NCBI GenBank assembly: GCA_013239625.1
Contig: MU057343.1
Coordinates: 4,570,132 to 4,634,131 of the forward strand
DNA: 64,000 bases
Direction: 5' to 3'
Origin: Lama guanicoe
Lineage: Eukaryota
Shown: piece by piece, positions 61,299 to 64,000 of the stretch
How the letters are laid out: each line of letters begins with the position of its first letter
Numbering within the stretch: position 1 is the stretch's first letter
The notes under the pieces: generated by a model
Database searches by the model: none
Told to the model about the DNA's origin: nothing
What the model saw: the letters and a program-made list of their open reading frames with translations, nothing else
Translations under genes and position numbers: made by a program

Positions 61299-63523
61299 TA
61301 CAACTTTCAGACTAGAAGTAATTCTAGGTATTTTTAATCCAACTTCCCTCTTTTTCTAGAGAGATACAAAGATCAAGGTACGTTACATATATTTATTCAT
61401 GGAATCAAGATCTAGGCATGAGTCTCCGGATTCTAGTACACTATGACATTTTTGAATGAATAAATGAACAAATGAATGATTAATCATATCTGAAGACTAA
61501 GCTATTAAGCAGTCATCACTGTGACTATATATTCAGAAATGAGACCACTGTTTCATGAAAATTTAACAAAACCTGGTGCTGCCAACTTTTAAATGAATTC
61601 TCCTAGGATGTAGAGGGCCTGATAGTTATAGGAAATCCATCAAAAGAAATAGAAGCATGTTATTTTCAAAATACTGTAAATAAATCATTAATAATAATTT
61701 TAAAATCCAACAGGCTTTTGTTTTAATCAGCAAAATCTTTTACATAAAAGTGTTCTATACATTGTGAAGGTGCTAAATTACAAATAATATCATTTGAGGA
61801 GTTAGCATTTGGGTCTGAAAACCTCAAAGGTATTCAACTAGGACCAGTAATTTCATGAATAAGATGGGAGATTCCTCTTCCCCTCCCTCCTTCCTGCTAA
61901 CAGTGACTTCAAGGCAATGTGACAGCTATTTACACATTACCTGTCAATAGCAAAGACTTAGCCTTCATCTCTCTGGAACCTTTCATTCCTAGCACTTCTA
62001 AATCACCTTGAATAAAGTGGTGATTAGGCTTCTAGAGACATCTGGGATAAATGGATTCTGAACCAAGTGGTTTTTGAAAGGTTGATTATTAACCTTTGGC
62101 AAAACAGAAGTAAGAGAACACAGCAGACTGATTCTCAGCTTGAATACAGGGAGAGAAAGGTCAGAACTACATGTCTTAGGTAGACTTCATTTTTCTATAC
62201 TGCTATTAGACATCCTAGGTTATTTTTTCCCAGATAAAAATAATCACTAATTCAAATGACTTTTGAATCAAAAGCCAAATGAAAGCTTCTAGTATATACG
62301 TGAATTTTCACCTAGTATTTTTTTTTTTCCTAGAGGAATGTAAGGGGCTCTATTTTGCACAGAATTCAGAAGAAATGATAATATTTCAGGAAGCTTCTAT
62401 TAAAGTTAAATCTTCCCAATTCTAGATACTTTATAAAGTAAACCAGGTAATACCTGCCTCTTGGTGAGCTTTTGCGTGTCATTAGCACAGATCTAAAACT
62501 CCAGGTACAGTAGTATATACTCTGACCACATTTTATTACATAGAAATATGATTCCCAAGCTTAAATTCAGAACCATATCTGACCCTAGACAAATTAATGA
62601 TATTTGTTGGCAACACTTCACCTTTTCTACCAAAAACTTCCCTTCCTAATTCCAGAGGCATCCTTTCCCAGGCCAAAGCACTTTTATTCAATCTAGACAG
62701 CTCATTTTAACCCACTTAAGTGAAACTTTCTTCAAGTATTCTCTAAGAAGGACGTGGTATCTCCACCCATCCCAAGAGTTAGTGAGCCGCAAAACTTCCA
62801 GAAGAAAAAGCTGGAAAAGTAGAAATACAGGCAGTATGACCAATGCTTAGCAGAACAAAGCCCACTCTACCCAACATTCCCCAAATCCTATCAGGTGGTC
62901 AGTAACACTCCAACCTATTTAAAATGATGGACCTGTAGAAATTAATGGTAAATGAAAATGCCTATAATCCTCTCCACAGGCAGGTAAACAGGAGACCTTT
63001 ACTAACCACTCATTTTGAAAAGCTCTTTCTCTTTAAGGAACGTCTCAGAGATAATTTTTCCCCCCAGTTTTTACAAGAAGTTAAGGCCTCTAATTATCAC
63101 ACATATCCCTTAACTACAACTATTGGTGTGTCTACAATCTCCTTCATGTGACAGCAATTTATTTTCAAAGAATAAAAATTAAGAATCACACCTTGCAACT
63201 TGGCTGGTTCATTCTTTTTGATTAAAACTGGGTAGTCACGTAACATTCGTAAGAGAGATCCCAAAGCTTTCAATGCAAAAAAAAATTCACTGAAAAGATC
63301 TTATGAATCTCTTCTATCAAAGAAAGTTTATTATTTTTACTTAAGGATTATATTAGTTTGTAAAACAAAACAAAAAAAAATCAAATGCTATTAATGAGAA
63401 ACATTGTAAAATTCCTACTTGAATTATACAATTCAAGATGAAAATTGATAAAAGAGTATTCAAACTTTTTACATATATCTGATTTCCAGATTTGGGAAAC
63501 TTCCAGATACAGGGCAGATCTAT

Positions 63524-63562
63524 CTTCCTTCCTCCCTCCCTCCCTTCCTTCCTTCCTTCCTT
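63524..63562 (+). repeat. (CCTT)/(CCCT) low-complexity repeat
   Basis: cttccttcctccctccctcccttccttccttccttcctt. Confidence 0.85.
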
Positions 63563-64000
63563 AAGATTGCATCAAACATGCTTTTCAGGGAGAAAAAGAA
63601 AAAAAAAAAACAAAACTAAGCACTCTACACTTTTTTTCTTTCTTAATTTTATCCTCTCTTCTTTTCTCTGCCCAAATTACAAACTTTCTTCCTGCTTATA
63701 TCATGAGATGGATCAATTTCAAAAACAAAAGAAGGACTATCCCAAGCAGATGAGTTTTCATAATCACTGTTACATGCCATTGTTAAACTAGTGATTAAAA
63801 AAAAGTTAAGAGTCTTGCTTTCAATGCCTAACACACACCACACCTGGTTTTCTTGTCTCCACATCATGCCTCTTGCATTAATTTGTAGATGTCAGTATCT
63901 GTTTATATGATAACAAAAAATAGTCTCATCTTTCAAAGCTGTTAATTTTTAATTTCCCACTGATAGTGAATACTGTCTGAACCTAAAGAGCCTGCTTTAA

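Larger units (their letters stand above)
1..64000 (-). other. PTPRD: Internal part of the PTPRD transcription unit (LAR-family receptor-type tyrosine-protein phosphatase delta), Ig2 to FNIII4 region; both gene ends lie outside the window
   Basis: Seven colinear minus-strand exons encode peptides matching PTPRD ([29 protein letters not shown]..., [21 protein letters not shown]..., [18 protein letters not shown]...). Exon phases 1-1, 1-1, 1-1, 1-1, 1-0, 0-1, 1-1 join in frame (1737 nt). Confidence 0.98.

Noticed and set aside
1140-63867. The many 60-130 aa ORFs in the ORF track outside the PTPRD exons, including X-filled ORFs spanning gaps
   Set aside because: No recognisable domains, low-complexity AT-rich composition, overlap with repeats, or open only because N runs hide stop codons. 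This is expected noise in mammalian intron.

Overview
AT-rich mammalian genomic DNA, most likely camelid because it carries tRNA-derived Vic-1-type SINEs. The whole window lies inside the receptor tyrosine phosphatase gene PTPRD on the minus strand. Seven coding exons can be resolved to the base: Ig2a 29870-30058, Ig2b 26078-26188, Ig3 22464-22733, FNIII1-2 19172-19753, FNIII3a 9550-9683, FNIII3b 6815-6959 and FNIII4 3326-3631. All have GT-AG boundaries and splice in frame; Ig2b and FNIII3b are absent from the ORF track. Positions 30059-64000 are intron with ordinary eutherian repeats (L1, L2, MIR, MaLR LTRs, microsatellites). The main point of interest is the neural microexon splicing module between Ig2a and Ig3. 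The expected microexons (meA 9+18 nt, meB 12 nt) and the FNIII5 exon are not visible, and N-gaps cluster in the introns where they belong. The visible flanks show eight RBFOX UGCAUG motifs in 1.7 kb, QKI/branch-like UACUAAC motifs, CU-rich PTBP-type tracts, a candidate 14-nt frameshifting microexon and a possible competing meB donor. No prokaryotic-type system, CRISPR array or RNA gene is supported. Comparisons with human PTPRD and repeat family names are from memory, not from a search.
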